A stretch of 64,000 bases of DNA, from the IMG/VR virus record IMGVR_UViG_3300021426_000001. One strand, written 5' to 3'. Below are positions 55,242 to 63,964 of the stretch, piece by piece; within the stretch, counting starts at the first letter, position 1; each line of letters opens with the position of its first letter. The translations under genes were made by a program, and so were the position numbers. The stretch is from a virus (lineage: Duplodnaviria > Caudoviricetes). Under the pieces are notes generated by a model that was given only the letters and a program-made list of their open reading frames with translations, was not told where the DNA came from and ran no database searches.

Positions 55242-55952
55242 TTACTTGTTCATCATCTTGATCTGATCTTCAGTCAAGCGCTGAACGCCATACTTCTTGA
55301 GATCTTCTTCTGTCGCTTCATGGAACTTGGCCATGCTGTCGAAGTAGACGTACTTGTCGACGTGAATGCGCTCATGGTTCGGACAGAGGATGTACGAGAG
55401 GTAGTTGAAGTCACGATCGTGACCGTTGTCCTTGAGCTCTTCTGACATTCTCACGCGCCACGGATAGCGTGGAGGACAGTACGGGAACTTGATTTCTAGA
55501 GCTTCTGGGCAGTACTTCTTGAGAACCTTGTCAGTTCTGTTAGTGCCGAGAGCCATAGCGTGACCGTCTGCCAGCTTGACTTCGTCAAGAACCGTGTTGT
55601 CGATGTCGTGATAAGAGACATTGCCGTCTGCGTCTATCTCCTTGAACAGAGAAGATCTGCGAACGCACTGGAAGTGCTTTCTCTTGTCGTTCTCTCCAAG
55701 GCCGTAGCTGTCGCCCCAGGACTCTGGAACGTCCTCGATCGGAGTCAGCGGAATGTCGTGCATGAGACACTCTAGGATGCTGCGAGTGATGGAGAAGGAC
55801 ATGCCTGAGTGGCCGTCCTCACAGAGAGACTTGTAAGCCTTAAGCGCAGAGTCGAGACAGCCGTTGACATACGGAGTCCAGCCGCAAGCTTCTTTTCCCT
55901 CGAATTCCTTCTTGAGCTTGATTTCGTTTTCTGCCCATTCAACAAGTGACAT
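55242..55952 (-). CDS. conserved phage hypothetical protein
   Basis: SALKAYKSLCEDGHSGMS...PLTPIED...QCVRRSSLFK. Confidence 0.85.
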   Translation of the reverse strand: MSLVEWAENEIKLKKEFEGKEACGWTPYVNGCLDSALKAYKSLCEDGHSGMSFSITRSILECLMHDIPLTPIEDVPESWGDSYGLGENDKRKHFQCVRRSSLFKEIDADGNVSYHDIDNTVLDEVKLADGHAMALGTNRTDKVLKKYCPEALEIKFPYCPPRYPWRVRMSEELKDNGHDRDFNYLSYILCPNHERIHVDKYVYFDSMAKFHEATEEDLKKYGVQRLTEDQIKMMNK

Positions 55953-55959
55953 AGTTTGT

Positions 55960-55989
55960 TTCCTCTTAGTTAGTTTCCTCTTAGTTAGT
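55960..55989. repeat. 15-bp tandem duplication containing RBS
   Basis: TTCCTCTTAGTTAGT x2. Confidence 0.8.
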
Positions 55990-56182
55990 TCTTCTTGGTT
56001 AGTTTGAGATAGAGATTGTAGAGGAGAGTGAACAACAGCTCGCCGATCTTCTGGATTGATAACATAATGAAGATGGCGAGAAGTACAGCGATAGCGAGCC
56101 AGAGAGTAGTAGAGCTGTAAATTGTGCTCTCCACGTTTCCCTGCGCAAGATGAAGCGCTAACGCGGTGTTCATCTCATTCAT
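55985..56182 (-). CDS. small membrane protein
   Basis: Hydrophobic 65 aa. Confidence 0.65.
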   Translation of the reverse strand: MNEMNTALALHLAQGNVESTIYSSTTLWLAIAVLLAIFIMLSIQKIGELLFTLLYNLYLKLTKKN

Positions 56183-56430
56183 CGCTTGACCCTCGGGACT
56201 CTGTGCACGATCGGCTGCTCGTGATGAACTGGATATTCCTTCTTAGCTGGACCCTTCTCTTGGACGAGCGGATCTGGGAGCCAGAATACGTTTCCGTCAA
56301 CAGTCACCTTTCGAATATTTGTCCACTTAGCTACCGTCTCGACAGCCTGACGCAATGCGCGCTCGATGGCGTCCAAGACGATCTCGTTGGTGATCTGGTC
56401 TTCGAAGTCGATCTCGATTTTCTTTTTCAT
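56179..56430 (-). CDS. hypothetical protein
   Basis: 83 aa. Confidence 0.7.
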   Translation of the reverse strand: MKKKIEIDFEDQITNEIVLDAIERALRQAVETVAKWTNIRKVTVDGNVFWLPDPLVQEKGPAKKEYPVHHEQPIVHRVPRVKR

Positions 56431-56663
56431 TATTCACCCTTTGTGTGATAAGTTTTTGGATCGAACCCTAGCTTAATCGCTTGGGCGAGTAGTTTGTCGA
56501 TATTCTTTGCGTGCTTCTCAGACTTCTCCTTCATCTTCGCAGCAGTGACGAAGTCTCCGAGAGCTGCCAAGTTGCAGGAGATCATGTGAAACTTCTGAGA
56601 CTCAGCAGTAGCTCTGAGTGAGCGCTGTAGCCATAGTGCGATCTTAAGCTGCTGTTCCGTCAT
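56430..56663 (-). CDS. hypothetical protein
   Basis: 77 aa. Confidence 0.7.
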   Translation of the reverse strand: MTEQQLKIALWLQRSLRATAESQKFHMISCNLAALGDFVTAAKMKEKSEKHAKNIDKLLAQAIKLGFDPKTYHTKGE

Positions 56664-57159
56664 CTTCTACCTTCTTCTTGCGTCCGCGAGTCGGCTTCTT
56701 CGGAGCTTCAGCTTCTGCCTTCTCTGCTAGCATCTTGTCCAAGATCTGCTGACAGAGCTCCGTCGTGCTAGACATGTCGAGGATCTCGTGAACGTCGATG
56801 GACTTGAGATACTTCTCAGAGTTCTTCATCTTCTGAGACTCAGTCTGGCTGTCCTGAATGCTCTTGAACTTGAACTGAGCCATCAGCTCGCAGTAAGCGT
56901 TCTTGACTTCCTTCTCAGTCTTGTAAGTGGTCGGAAGATTCTGCCAGATCCACTTGCCTGGCTCGCCCTCCTTGGTGACGAAAGTGTAGTTCTGAATGCA
57001 GAACTGGTTGAGCCCGTTTCTGATCACTCGATACGGATTAGCGAGATACTTTTCGTGTTCACGCTGCTCTCGTGTAGTCTTTATGTCGTTCACTGCATTG
57101 ATGATCAAGTAGCATACGACGAAGATGAAAAAGATTGCGATAATTGCTATTCCAAGCAT
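56644..57159 (-). CDS. membrane protein, family C
   Basis: TM plus YRVIRNG...WIWQN. Confidence 0.8.
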   Translation of the reverse strand: MLGIAIIAIFFIFVVCYLIINAVNDIKTTREQREHEKYLANPYRVIRNGLNQFCIQNYTFVTKEGEPGKWIWQNLPTTYKTEKEVKNAYCELMAQFKFKSIQDSQTESQKMKNSEKYLKSIDVHEILDMSSTTELCQQILDKMLAEKAEAEAPKKPTRGRKKKVEDDGTAA

Positions 57160-57180
57160 GTTGTCTCCTGTTTATAGGAC

Positions 57181-57215
57181 AATATAGTAAAAAGAGGCCA
57201 CTTTGTAAATGGCCT
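57181..57215 (-). promoter_or_regulatory. early promoter within stem-loop
   Basis: TTTACA-N17-TATATT; AGGCCA/TGGCCT. Confidence 0.8.
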
Positions 57216-57324
57216 AATTGAAATATTTGTTGTAGATTATGATTCCGACACAGATTGCGCTCAATACGACGCAGAGCCAAATTACTATGTCGTAGACTAG
57301 AGTAGACTTGTGAAACAGCTTCAT
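57214..57324 (-). CDS. 36-aa single-TM peptide
   Basis: MKLFHKSTLVYDIVIWLCVVLSAICVGIIIYNKYFN; GATAAATA just upstream. Confidence 0.5.
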   Translation of the reverse strand: MKLFHKSTLVYDIVIWLCVVLSAICVGIIIYNKYFN

Positions 57325-57363
57325 GCCTTATTTATCGTAGATGCACTCATCAGTATGCACTTA

Positions 57364-57624
57364 TCAGTAGATAGTCTTGATCTTGTCAAGGAACTCTTCA
57401 ACGTCTTGGCGCATCTTGAGCGAAGCGCCGTGAGGAAGTCCCTCTAGCACATGCCACTTCCAGACTTTCAGATTGTCTGTCTCGATCTCCGACAGCGGAT
57501 TCGTGACTGATACTGCGTTTTCGATTTCTCTTCTTAGGTCTTCTGCCGTCTCGATTAGATCATCCAGTGATCTCAGTGCGCTTCTCTTCTCGATTCGGAC
57601 TTCTTCTTCGTATGAGTTGTACAT
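57364..57624 (-). CDS. hypothetical protein
   Basis: GGAGG RBS lies within hairpin 57632-57663. Confidence 0.7.
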   Translation of the reverse strand: MYNSYEEEVRIEKRSALRSLDDLIETAEDLRREIENAVSVTNPLSEIETDNLKVWKWHVLEGLPHGASLKMRQDVEEFLDKIKTIY

Positions 57625-57690
57625 AAAAAAGCCTCCATGATCCAATATAGTAAATCATGGAGGATATTGATTTTGTCTCTATAGATGTCT

Positions 57691-58659
57691 TTACGGCACG
57701 TAGAGGATTGTAGGGTTGTCCTTGTGCATATCAAAGCACTTCATGAAGAAGCGTTGCGAGACGCAGTAGTTGTGCCATTCACGAACTAACTTCACAGCAT
57801 CGAACGGACAGTCGATCTTTACGAGAGTCTTGTTCTGGTCCATCTTCACGATCTCGATAGCGCCAGTCGGATTGCACTTAGCAGTGCGGAGGCACTCTTT
57901 GAGACCCTCTGCGTGGTTGATGTACTTGTCCGTGAGACTGAAGACCGTTCTGCCCTTTTCGTATTCCTTGTTCTGGGGAATCGGAGCAGTGATCTGGTAC
58001 TGAGTCGTGTACTGTTCCCAGAGATCTTTGAAAGTCTTCGTGTTGAACGGACGAGAGATGATGTGAATGCCGTGCTTCGTCGGCACTTCGGCAAAGTTCT
58101 CTTCTGCGAAGATGCCGTGATGACGTTCCCACGGAATCTGAGAGTGAGTGTCCTGAAACTCTTTCCACTTCGGAGAGATTGGATCACACTGGAAGATCAT
58201 GTCGTAGATGACGCTCTTGTGCTGAAGATATTCTTCATCCAAGTCTAGGATCCATGTCTTTCCTTCTCCTGCGCAGTTGGCGTTTCCAGCAGCGCTAGCC
58301 ACGAGACTGAACGGGCTGTTGAAGGACTGGCCAGACACGAGCTGCTCTGTGATGTGCTTCATGATAGCGAAGCTGATCTGCTGATAGTTTCGCTTGTTGA
58401 GGCGGATGTAAGCGCGAACGTTGAAGACGTCGCAGAGTTTCTTGATTTCGTCTTCTTTCTGGTCGAAGTATTCGAGAGACGGAATGAAGTAGTCCTTGAT
58501 GCTGCGGCTGTGCATGTTGCCGTGATAGTTCGGATCAGGCTTGCCGTCAATCATCGGATCGTCGGACTGACGACGGAGAAGCTGGAGGTAATAGCAGTCT
58601 CCTGGATTTTCGAACTTGAGAAGCTTGCGGATGATTGCGAAATTGTCTACTTTAGCCAT
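57691..58659 (-). CDS. AEP (primase-polymerase) superfamily-like protein
   Basis: RAYI; WILDLD (DxD); PTKHGIHII (TxxGxH); HKDNPTILY. Confidence 0.6.
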   Translation of the reverse strand: MAKVDNFAIIRKLLKFENPGDCYYLQLLRRQSDDPMIDGKPDPNYHGNMHSRSIKDYFIPSLEYFDQKEDEIKKLCDVFNVRAYIRLNKRNYQQISFAIMKHITEQLVSGQSFNSPFSLVASAAGNANCAGEGKTWILDLDEEYLQHKSVIYDMIFQCDPISPKWKEFQDTHSQIPWERHHGIFAEENFAEVPTKHGIHIISRPFNTKTFKDLWEQYTTQYQITAPIPQNKEYEKGRTVFSLTDKYINHAEGLKECLRTAKCNPTGAIEIVKMDQNKTLVKIDCPFDAVKLVREWHNYCVSQRFFMKCFDMHKDNPTILYVP

Positions 58660-58663
58660 TTAG

Positions 58664-59188
58664 TTAGTCCTTTGTTGAAGTTGCAGATACAATATAGGAA
58701 TTTCTCAACAGCTTGTAAACCGTATTTTTGAGATTTTCTAGCTCTTCTGGGCTGTTGTTCTTTGCTTCGACTAGCTTCTTCTTATAGAATTTCTTCTTAA
58801 ACTCACAGATGCCCTCTAGGACGCGGCATCCGCACCACCAGCAGTCATCGAACTTCTTAGCTTTCTCAAATGAAAAAGTTCCATCGTCGAGAAGTTTTAG
58901 AAGATAGTGAGCGTCTTTAGAGTTGTTCTCGATATGTCCGTAGAATCCGTGACAATTGGGACGCCTGCCTGCTACTGTCCACTTCAGGGTGATGTAGTAT
59001 GGCTGATACTTCTCGCCAGGCCAGTCCTTAGCGAAGAACAGATCTACCCACTTGAACAGCTCTGGACGCTCGCTGCTGTTCGTGATCTTTCCAGTGTCTG
59101 CGATATTGCACAGCTCTTCGTAAGCTTTTGGAAACTCATCCAGACACTTGATTCTGTACTCGATTTCTTCTATCGTATCTCTACTCAT
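58664..59188 (-). CDS. hypothetical protein
   Basis: 174 aa; 3' end reads through a promoter. Confidence 0.75.
   Translation of the reverse strand: MSRDTIEEIEYRIKCLDEFPKAYEELCNIADTGKITNSSERPELFKWVDLFFAKDWPGEKYQPYYITLKWTVAGRRPNCHGFYGHIENNSKDAHYLLKLLDDGTFSFEKAKKFDDCWWCGCRVLEGICEFKKKFYKKKLVEAKNNSPEELENLKNTVYKLLRNSYIVSATSTKD
58691..58719 (-). promoter_or_regulatory. early promoter (intragenic)
   Basis: TTTACA-N17-TATATT. Confidence 0.8.
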
Positions 59189-59714
59189 CGCACTTCCTCT
59201 TGTCGCTTGCGTTCTCTATGTCTTCTTGGATAGCCTTGAGAACATTCTTCATTATCTCGCTCATCTGATCAACTGAGACGAAGAGCTCGGTGTTGATCGC
59301 GTACTTGTTGTCGCAGCGCTTCATCCAGGCTTCGAATTCTGGTATGGGCATAATGTCAGCTGCTACGCCCTGCCCGTACATGAAAGAGATCACGGACTTC
59401 TTGCCGTTGTTCTCCACGATGAAGAACTCTAACGGAAAGACAGACTCTTCTATGTTCTGAAACGGAAGATGCTGAGTGACTACGCTAGTGAGTCCAGTCC
59501 AGAGATCTGCGAACTTGTGCTTCTCTGGATCTTCCGAGTAAACACACTCTTCGTCGCCGAGACATAGCTGCTTGTCTATTGCCTCTCTCAGCAGATCGGG
59601 ATTGAACTTCGGAATAGCCTCCAAGTCATGCTCATATCGCATCTTCAGCAGATCTCTAGGAGACTTGCTGTCGAACCATTTCCTCATAGCCGCGAGATTC
59701 TCTTCCAGATTCAT
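59181..59714 (-). CDS. hypothetical protein
   Basis: 177 aa. Confidence 0.8.
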   Translation of the reverse strand: MNLEENLAAMRKWFDSKSPRDLLKMRYEHDLEAIPKFNPDLLREAIDKQLCLGDEECVYSEDPEKHKFADLWTGLTSVVTQHLPFQNIEESVFPLEFFIVENNGKKSVISFMYGQGVAADIMPIPEFEAWMKRCDNKYAINTELFVSVDQMSEIMKNVLKAIQEDIENASDKRKCDE

Positions 59715-59984
59715 CTACTTTTCTCCGTAGTAGTACCAGTACTTGCCCTTAGTCGATAGGTTCAAGTTCAAGAACTTGAGTCCCACCATGTTCACTGGCA
59801 TGTTCTGTGGACCGTTGCACTCGACGATAGCGTAGCGCTTGTACTTGACGTACTCGTCGTAGTAGTCCTCTTCCCACTTGACCAAGCTGCAGCCCTTGCG
59901 TGCGACTGAGACCTGAAAGTCAAGCTTGATGTCTGCGAATGCTGCGACTGCGAAAGCGAGCAGCAACAGAGCGATCTTCTTCAT
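59715..59984 (-). CDS. secreted protein
   Basis: Signal peptide MKKIALLLLAFAVAAFA. Confidence 0.8.
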   Translation of the reverse strand: MKKIALLLLAFAVAAFADIKLDFQVSVARKGCSLVKWEEDYYDEYVKYKRYAIVECNGPQNMPVNMVGLKFLNLNLSTKGKYWYYYGEK

Positions 59985-59985
59985 A

Positions 59986-60264
59986 TCATCTCCTATGTGA
60001 AAGTTTGAGGTCGATCATTTCTCTATCGACCTTGAGCTTTAGCTCGTATAGTTCTCGGTAGTCAAGAAGCACTTCCAGTCTCGGAAGAATCTCCCTGAAG
60101 TCATTCTTGAACAGAAGCGTATCTGACTTGTAGAATCCCCAGAACCACTTATTTATCCTTCTCTGGACTTCGAACTGGACCGTGACTGTAACATGCTTCA
60201 GCGGGAACGGCCTGCGGTAGTACTTCACCGAGAACAGCTTCTGCTTGAAGAACTCACTTCTCAC
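59986..60264 (-). CDS. hypothetical protein
   Basis: 92 aa. Confidence 0.65.
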   Translation of the reverse strand: MRSEFFKQKLFSVKYYRRPFPLKHVTVTVQFEVQRRINKWFWGFYKSDTLLFKNDFREILPRLEVLLDYRELYELKLKVDREMIDLKLSHRR

Positions 60265-61057
60265 GCTTGGCCTTCCTGAACGAGGTCTTTGGATCGAACC
60301 CGTGAGACTTGATTCTCACTAGATCGTCTCCGACTGGAACGACTGCGTCATCTGGACGAGCGTGCGAGTCTATCCAGTTGTCTATCTCCCAGAGAGCAGT
60401 GAACGGATCCTTGACCTTCTGGAATCCGAAAGTCTGAAGTCTCGGATTCTTCACGATCGTGATAGCTTTCTGCTCTGCCTGACGGCAAGTGTATGCGATG
60501 ACTGGATAGATCATCAAGAAGATCGGCCCGAACTCTTCGAAAGCTCTGTCTTTCCAATACTCGCACTCTTCTGGATTTCTGAAGTCTCCGTCAAATGTCG
60601 GCTTGATTCCGCACTTGCTATTGAAGTCCCACGAGAAGCTAGAGTACTTCCTGACATCTTCGAATGTAGATGGCTCGCATGTCCATCTAACGCCGTCTCT
60701 GATCATCTCTGGATATAGATTTCCAGCAGCTGCCTTCGAATCTCCGTGAACGATCTCGCCGATAGAGCCAGACGGAGTCACGAACGGATAGTACTTCCCG
60801 CAGAAGCCGATCCAGAAGCTGTATAGCTGTGCGTCGAGTCTGAACTTGTCGCTGATCTCCTTGCGGAAGAGATCTGGATGATTCAGCATGAAGCCCTGAT
60901 GACTGGTTATTCTGCCGTCAAAGTCCTTGCCGAGCTCCCGGTGGTCTTTGTAGCTGAGAAAGTGAAGCTCTGGGCTTCTGTTGAATCTCACTTCGGACTC
61001 CGTGAATGAGCCGAGCGCCGAGTCATAATAGTCTTTGAACTTAGAGTAGATCTTCAT
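60254..61057 (-). CDS. conserved phage hypothetical protein
   Basis: MKIYSKFKDYYD...IGFCGKYYP...HGFDPKTSFRK; ATG 7 nt after -10 box. Confidence 0.8.
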   Translation of the reverse strand: MKIYSKFKDYYDSALGSFTESEVRFNRSPELHFLSYKDHRELGKDFDGRITSHQGFMLNHPDLFRKEISDKFRLDAQLYSFWIGFCGKYYPFVTPSGSIGEIVHGDSKAAAGNLYPEMIRDGVRWTCEPSTFEDVRKYSSFSWDFNSKCGIKPTFDGDFRNPEECEYWKDRAFEEFGPIFLMIYPVIAYTCRQAEQKAITIVKNPRLQTFGFQKVKDPFTALWEIDNWIDSHARPDDAVVPVGDDLVRIKSHGFDPKTSFRKAKREK

Positions 61058-61064
61058 ATTTTGA

Positions 61065-61093
61065 AATATAGAAAAAGTCTGTGATTTTGTAAA
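61065..61093 (-). promoter_or_regulatory. early promoter (leaderless transcript)
   Basis: TTTACA-N17-TATATT. Confidence 0.8.
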
Positions 61094-61110
61094 TGGTAAA
61101 AACATAGGAG

Positions 61111-61138
61111 GGGACTGGCTCAATACGAAACCAGTCCC
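61111..61138 (-). terminator. hairpin downstream of DUF2828 gene
   Basis: GGGACTGG/CCAGTCCC. Confidence 0.5.
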
Positions 61139-61171
61139 GCACCCCTTTCCAAAAATCCGTTTCCAGATTTT

Positions 61172-62671
61172 TTACTTGATCTGCTCATAGCGAGCAGAGA
61201 GAAGCACATCCTTCAATACCTCGAACGGATCGAACTTGTTGGACATAGCCATCTTCAAGATGTTCTGGCTGAAGCCCGAGAGCAGCTTGAGACCTTGGTC
61301 GTTCTGCTGCAGCGGCATAGCGTTCGTTCTGGAGTTGACGTTCCAGAAGAGCAAGCCAGGCATCTTGTAGCCCTTAGCCTTGAACTTTCCAGCGATCGTC
61401 TCGAAGAGAGTCTTCCAGCGATCCTTAGAGCGGTCGTACTTGAGGGTCGTTGCGCCGTTGAACTCCATGTCGGAGATGATCAAGACGTCCGGGATGTCCT
61501 CCTGCTTCATCTTGTTGTCGACGGCAGTTCTGAGGATCAAGTTCATTGTAGCCTCGATGTTCGTAGAGCCGCATGAGTCCTCCTTGAATGTTCTCACGAG
61601 CTTGTCGTGGAGAGACATCTGGTCGCTGAGCTTGATGAGAGTCGGATGATCATCGAAGGTGATGAAGGTGTTCTTGAATCCACCAACGTTTCTCTCAGCG
61701 CAGTAGATTGCGAGAGCCGTAGCCACGTCCTCTGCCTGAATGTTGGAGTTCGGGATCGTAACGTCCATAGAGCCAGAGCCGTCGCGGACGACGATGAGAG
61801 GCTTAGACATGTCGATCTTCGGCAAGTTCTTCCACATACCCTCGAGAGCTGCGTCATACGGCTTTGCGGTCGGATTCCAGCCGCTCACAGTCTTGTAAGC
61901 GTGGACGATGTCGTGCGGGAACGCGACAGCGGAGTTGATCTTGACCTCGCCCTTGTCCAGAGCGTTCAAGAACTCGCGGCGGCGTGCCTCGTCGTGCTTG
62001 AGGAAGGAGTCCTTGTACTTCAGGTTGGCCTTAGACGGCACAGTCTGGTAGTTGATCTCGTCCCACTTGTTAGCACAGAGCTTGACCTCGATGACGTTCG
62101 AGTAAGCGCGAAGCTTAGAGAGTGTCTTGCGGTACTGAGCCGGGTGCATGCCGAGAGCCTTGCAGAGCAGGTGAGCCTTTGCGACAGTCTCCTTAGAGGA
62201 GGTGTTCACAGACGGCAGCCACTTGCCGAGCAGAGAGATCGGCTTGTTATCCTTGAGCGCCTTCAAGTCAGTGTCGAGCTGAGTCTTGATGAGAGCGATA
62301 GCGTCATCTTCTGCTGTAGTGCCGAAGAGCTCTGTCACGATGTCCCAGCGAGAGTACTCGGGAATGAGCTTGATGAGGTGCTTGTACTTCGGAAGAACGT
62401 TCTTCACGAGGATCTTGAAGAGACGGCGCTCGCCGAGACCCTGACGAACGTCGCCAGCGTAGAACATCCACTTCAGGGCGAGGACCGGATCCTCTGCGAA
62501 AGCTGCCAAGAAGTCCGAAAGAATTGTCTCCTCAGTAGCGCCACGGTAAGACGGAACCTTGAAGTTCATATCCACGAGAGCGTTGCCAGAAGTAGCGAAC
62601 GAGACTGCACCGTTCTCGGTACGAGTCGTGCGCTTGTTGAGAATTTTCTCCATTTGAGAGTAGAATGACAT
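61172..62671 (-). CDS. DUF2828 family protein (TROVE/Ro60-like helical domain plus vWA)
   Basis: TENGA, GDVRQGLGER, KWLPS, DGSGSM MIDAS, STN, ISDMEF, FWNV, LSGFS; start MSFYSQ with AAGGA RBS. Confidence 0.85.
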   Translation of the reverse strand: MSFYSQMEKILNKRTTRTENGAVSFATSGNALVDMNFKVPSYRGATEETILSDFLAAFAEDPVLALKWMFYAGDVRQGLGERRLFKILVKNVLPKYKHLIKLIPEYSRWDIVTELFGTTAEDDAIALIKTQLDTDLKALKDNKPISLLGKWLPSVNTSSKETVAKAHLLCKALGMHPAQYRKTLSKLRAYSNVIEVKLCANKWDEINYQTVPSKANLKYKDSFLKHDEARRREFLNALDKGEVKINSAVAFPHDIVHAYKTVSGWNPTAKPYDAALEGMWKNLPKIDMSKPLIVVRDGSGSMDVTIPNSNIQAEDVATALAIYCAERNVGGFKNTFITFDDHPTLIKLSDQMSLHDKLVRTFKEDSCGSTNIEATMNLILRTAVDNKMKQEDIPDVLIISDMEFNGATTLKYDRSKDRWKTLFETIAGKFKAKGYKMPGLLFWNVNSRTNAMPLQQNDQGLKLLSGFSQNILKMAMSNKFDPFEVLKDVLLSARYEQIK

Positions 62672-62702
62672 TTTGAAGTTTTCCTTCGGTTCAAAGTTGA
62701 TC

Positions 62703-62756
62703 AAGATGGAATTTTGATTGTGCGAACCAAGCATATCAAATTGCTGTTACCATCTT
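62703..62756 (-). ncRNA. bulged stem-loop in 5' leader of DUF2828 gene (Y-RNA-like candidate)
   Basis: AAGATGG-TAACAGC-AATTTGAT-ATGC-TTGGTTC-GCAC-A-ATCAAAATT-CCATCTT. Confidence 0.5.
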
Positions 62757-62775
62757 TCGATTTGTTTGTAAGCCA

Positions 62776-62804
62776 ATTATAGAAACAATTGCTAGATTTG
62801 TAAA
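62776..62804 (-). promoter_or_regulatory. early promoter
   Basis: TTTACA-N17-TATAAT. Confidence 0.85.
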
Positions 62805-62827
62805 CCGAATTCTTTGTAAATTCAAGT

Positions 62828-63964
62828 TTACAAATCATCATCTTCATCATTGAACTTCGTCTTTAGCTCGTCTACGACATGACGGAAGATCTTCTCGTTG
62901 ACGGACTTGCCGCAAGCGACTTGGATAGCCATGTTGCCTACGAACTTTCCGCCGAGAGAGATAGCCTGCTCGTAGCGCTCACGACCAGTCAGACCAGAGA
63001 TCTGGTAGACGACCGTAGAGATCTGAGCGAGCAGAGAGCGGCATCCCTCGTCGAGGTTCTCAGCGTAGTACTTCATCTGCGGGAGCTCTTCCGGAATAGC
63101 AGCCTTGTACTCCGGATCGACCTTGAGAGTCTTTACGTCGAAGTGCAAGCGGATGTCCTTCTTAGTGATCCCAGAGATCATGTGGAACTTAGAGAGGTAT
63201 TCCAAGCCCTTGACCTTTACCTTGAAGCCAGAGTCGAAAGTGACTACGAAGCCCTCGTGATCCACGTCAAGCGCTCTCGCGTACTTGACCATCTCCTGGT
63301 AAGTCTTGAACTCCTTCATGGTAGAATAGCGGACTCCGATGCGGCCAGCGATCTCTATGATGTCGATCATCTCAGACTCTTCATGATTCTCGTCGAGAGC
63401 GCCCAATAGAACCAGACCCTCGTAGTTGTAGTGACATACGTGCTGATCTTCCCTAGAGACGATCTCGAAGCAGTAAGTCCAGCCGTAGTCCAAGTAGCGG
63501 TCGCAGATTTCCTGCCCTACGCACTTGTCAAGCCACTTCTGAGCCCACTTAGCCTGATCAGAGGTGAATGAGCCGCCAGTCTTGATGATCCACTTGCCGT
63601 CGTAGTAGAATAAGATGCCGAGCGAGCCGTCGATCTTGTCCATAGCTCTGAAGAATCTCGTCATCTTCGGCTCGAAGCCGTGACCGAGCTTCTGAAGGAT
63701 CTTTCCGACTTCAGCGAGCTGACCGTCTTCTGTCCAGATCTCTTCAGTGTTGAAGAACTTGTTGAACGGCCAAGCGACGATGTCGCCAGTAGCCTTGTCG
63801 AACACGATGCCACGGCAGCAGAGAGTGATCTCGTCCCACGCGTGGTCATAGACAGTCTGTAGAGAGTACTTGAAGCCGATGAGCTTGCCGTCTTCGGACT
63901 CGTGTGAGTTTAGCCAGCCGAGCTTTTCATATTCTAAGCACTTTTCAAGAGTTAAGCAGTTCAT
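62828..63964 (-). CDS. RNA ligase 1 (T4 RnlA-like)
   Basis: CRGIVF, PFNKFFN, DKIDGSLG, CFEI, EGFVV, KVKVK. Confidence 0.9.
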   Translation of the reverse strand: MNCLTLEKCLEYEKLGWLNSHESEDGKLIGFKYSLQTVYDHAWDEITLCCRGIVFDKATGDIVAWPFNKFFNTEEIWTEDGQLAEVGKILQKLGHGFEPKMTRFFRAMDKIDGSLGILFYYDGKWIIKTGGSFTSDQAKWAQKWLDKCVGQEICDRYLDYGWTYCFEIVSREDQHVCHYNYEGLVLLGALDENHEESEMIDIIEIAGRIGVRYSTMKEFKTYQEMVKYARALDVDHEGFVVTFDSGFKVKVKGLEYLSKFHMISGITKKDIRLHFDVKTLKVDPEYKAAIPEELPQMKYYAENLDEGCRSLLAQISTVVYQISGLTGRERYEQAISLGGKFVGNMAIQVACGKSVNEKIFRHVVDELKTKFNDEDDDL

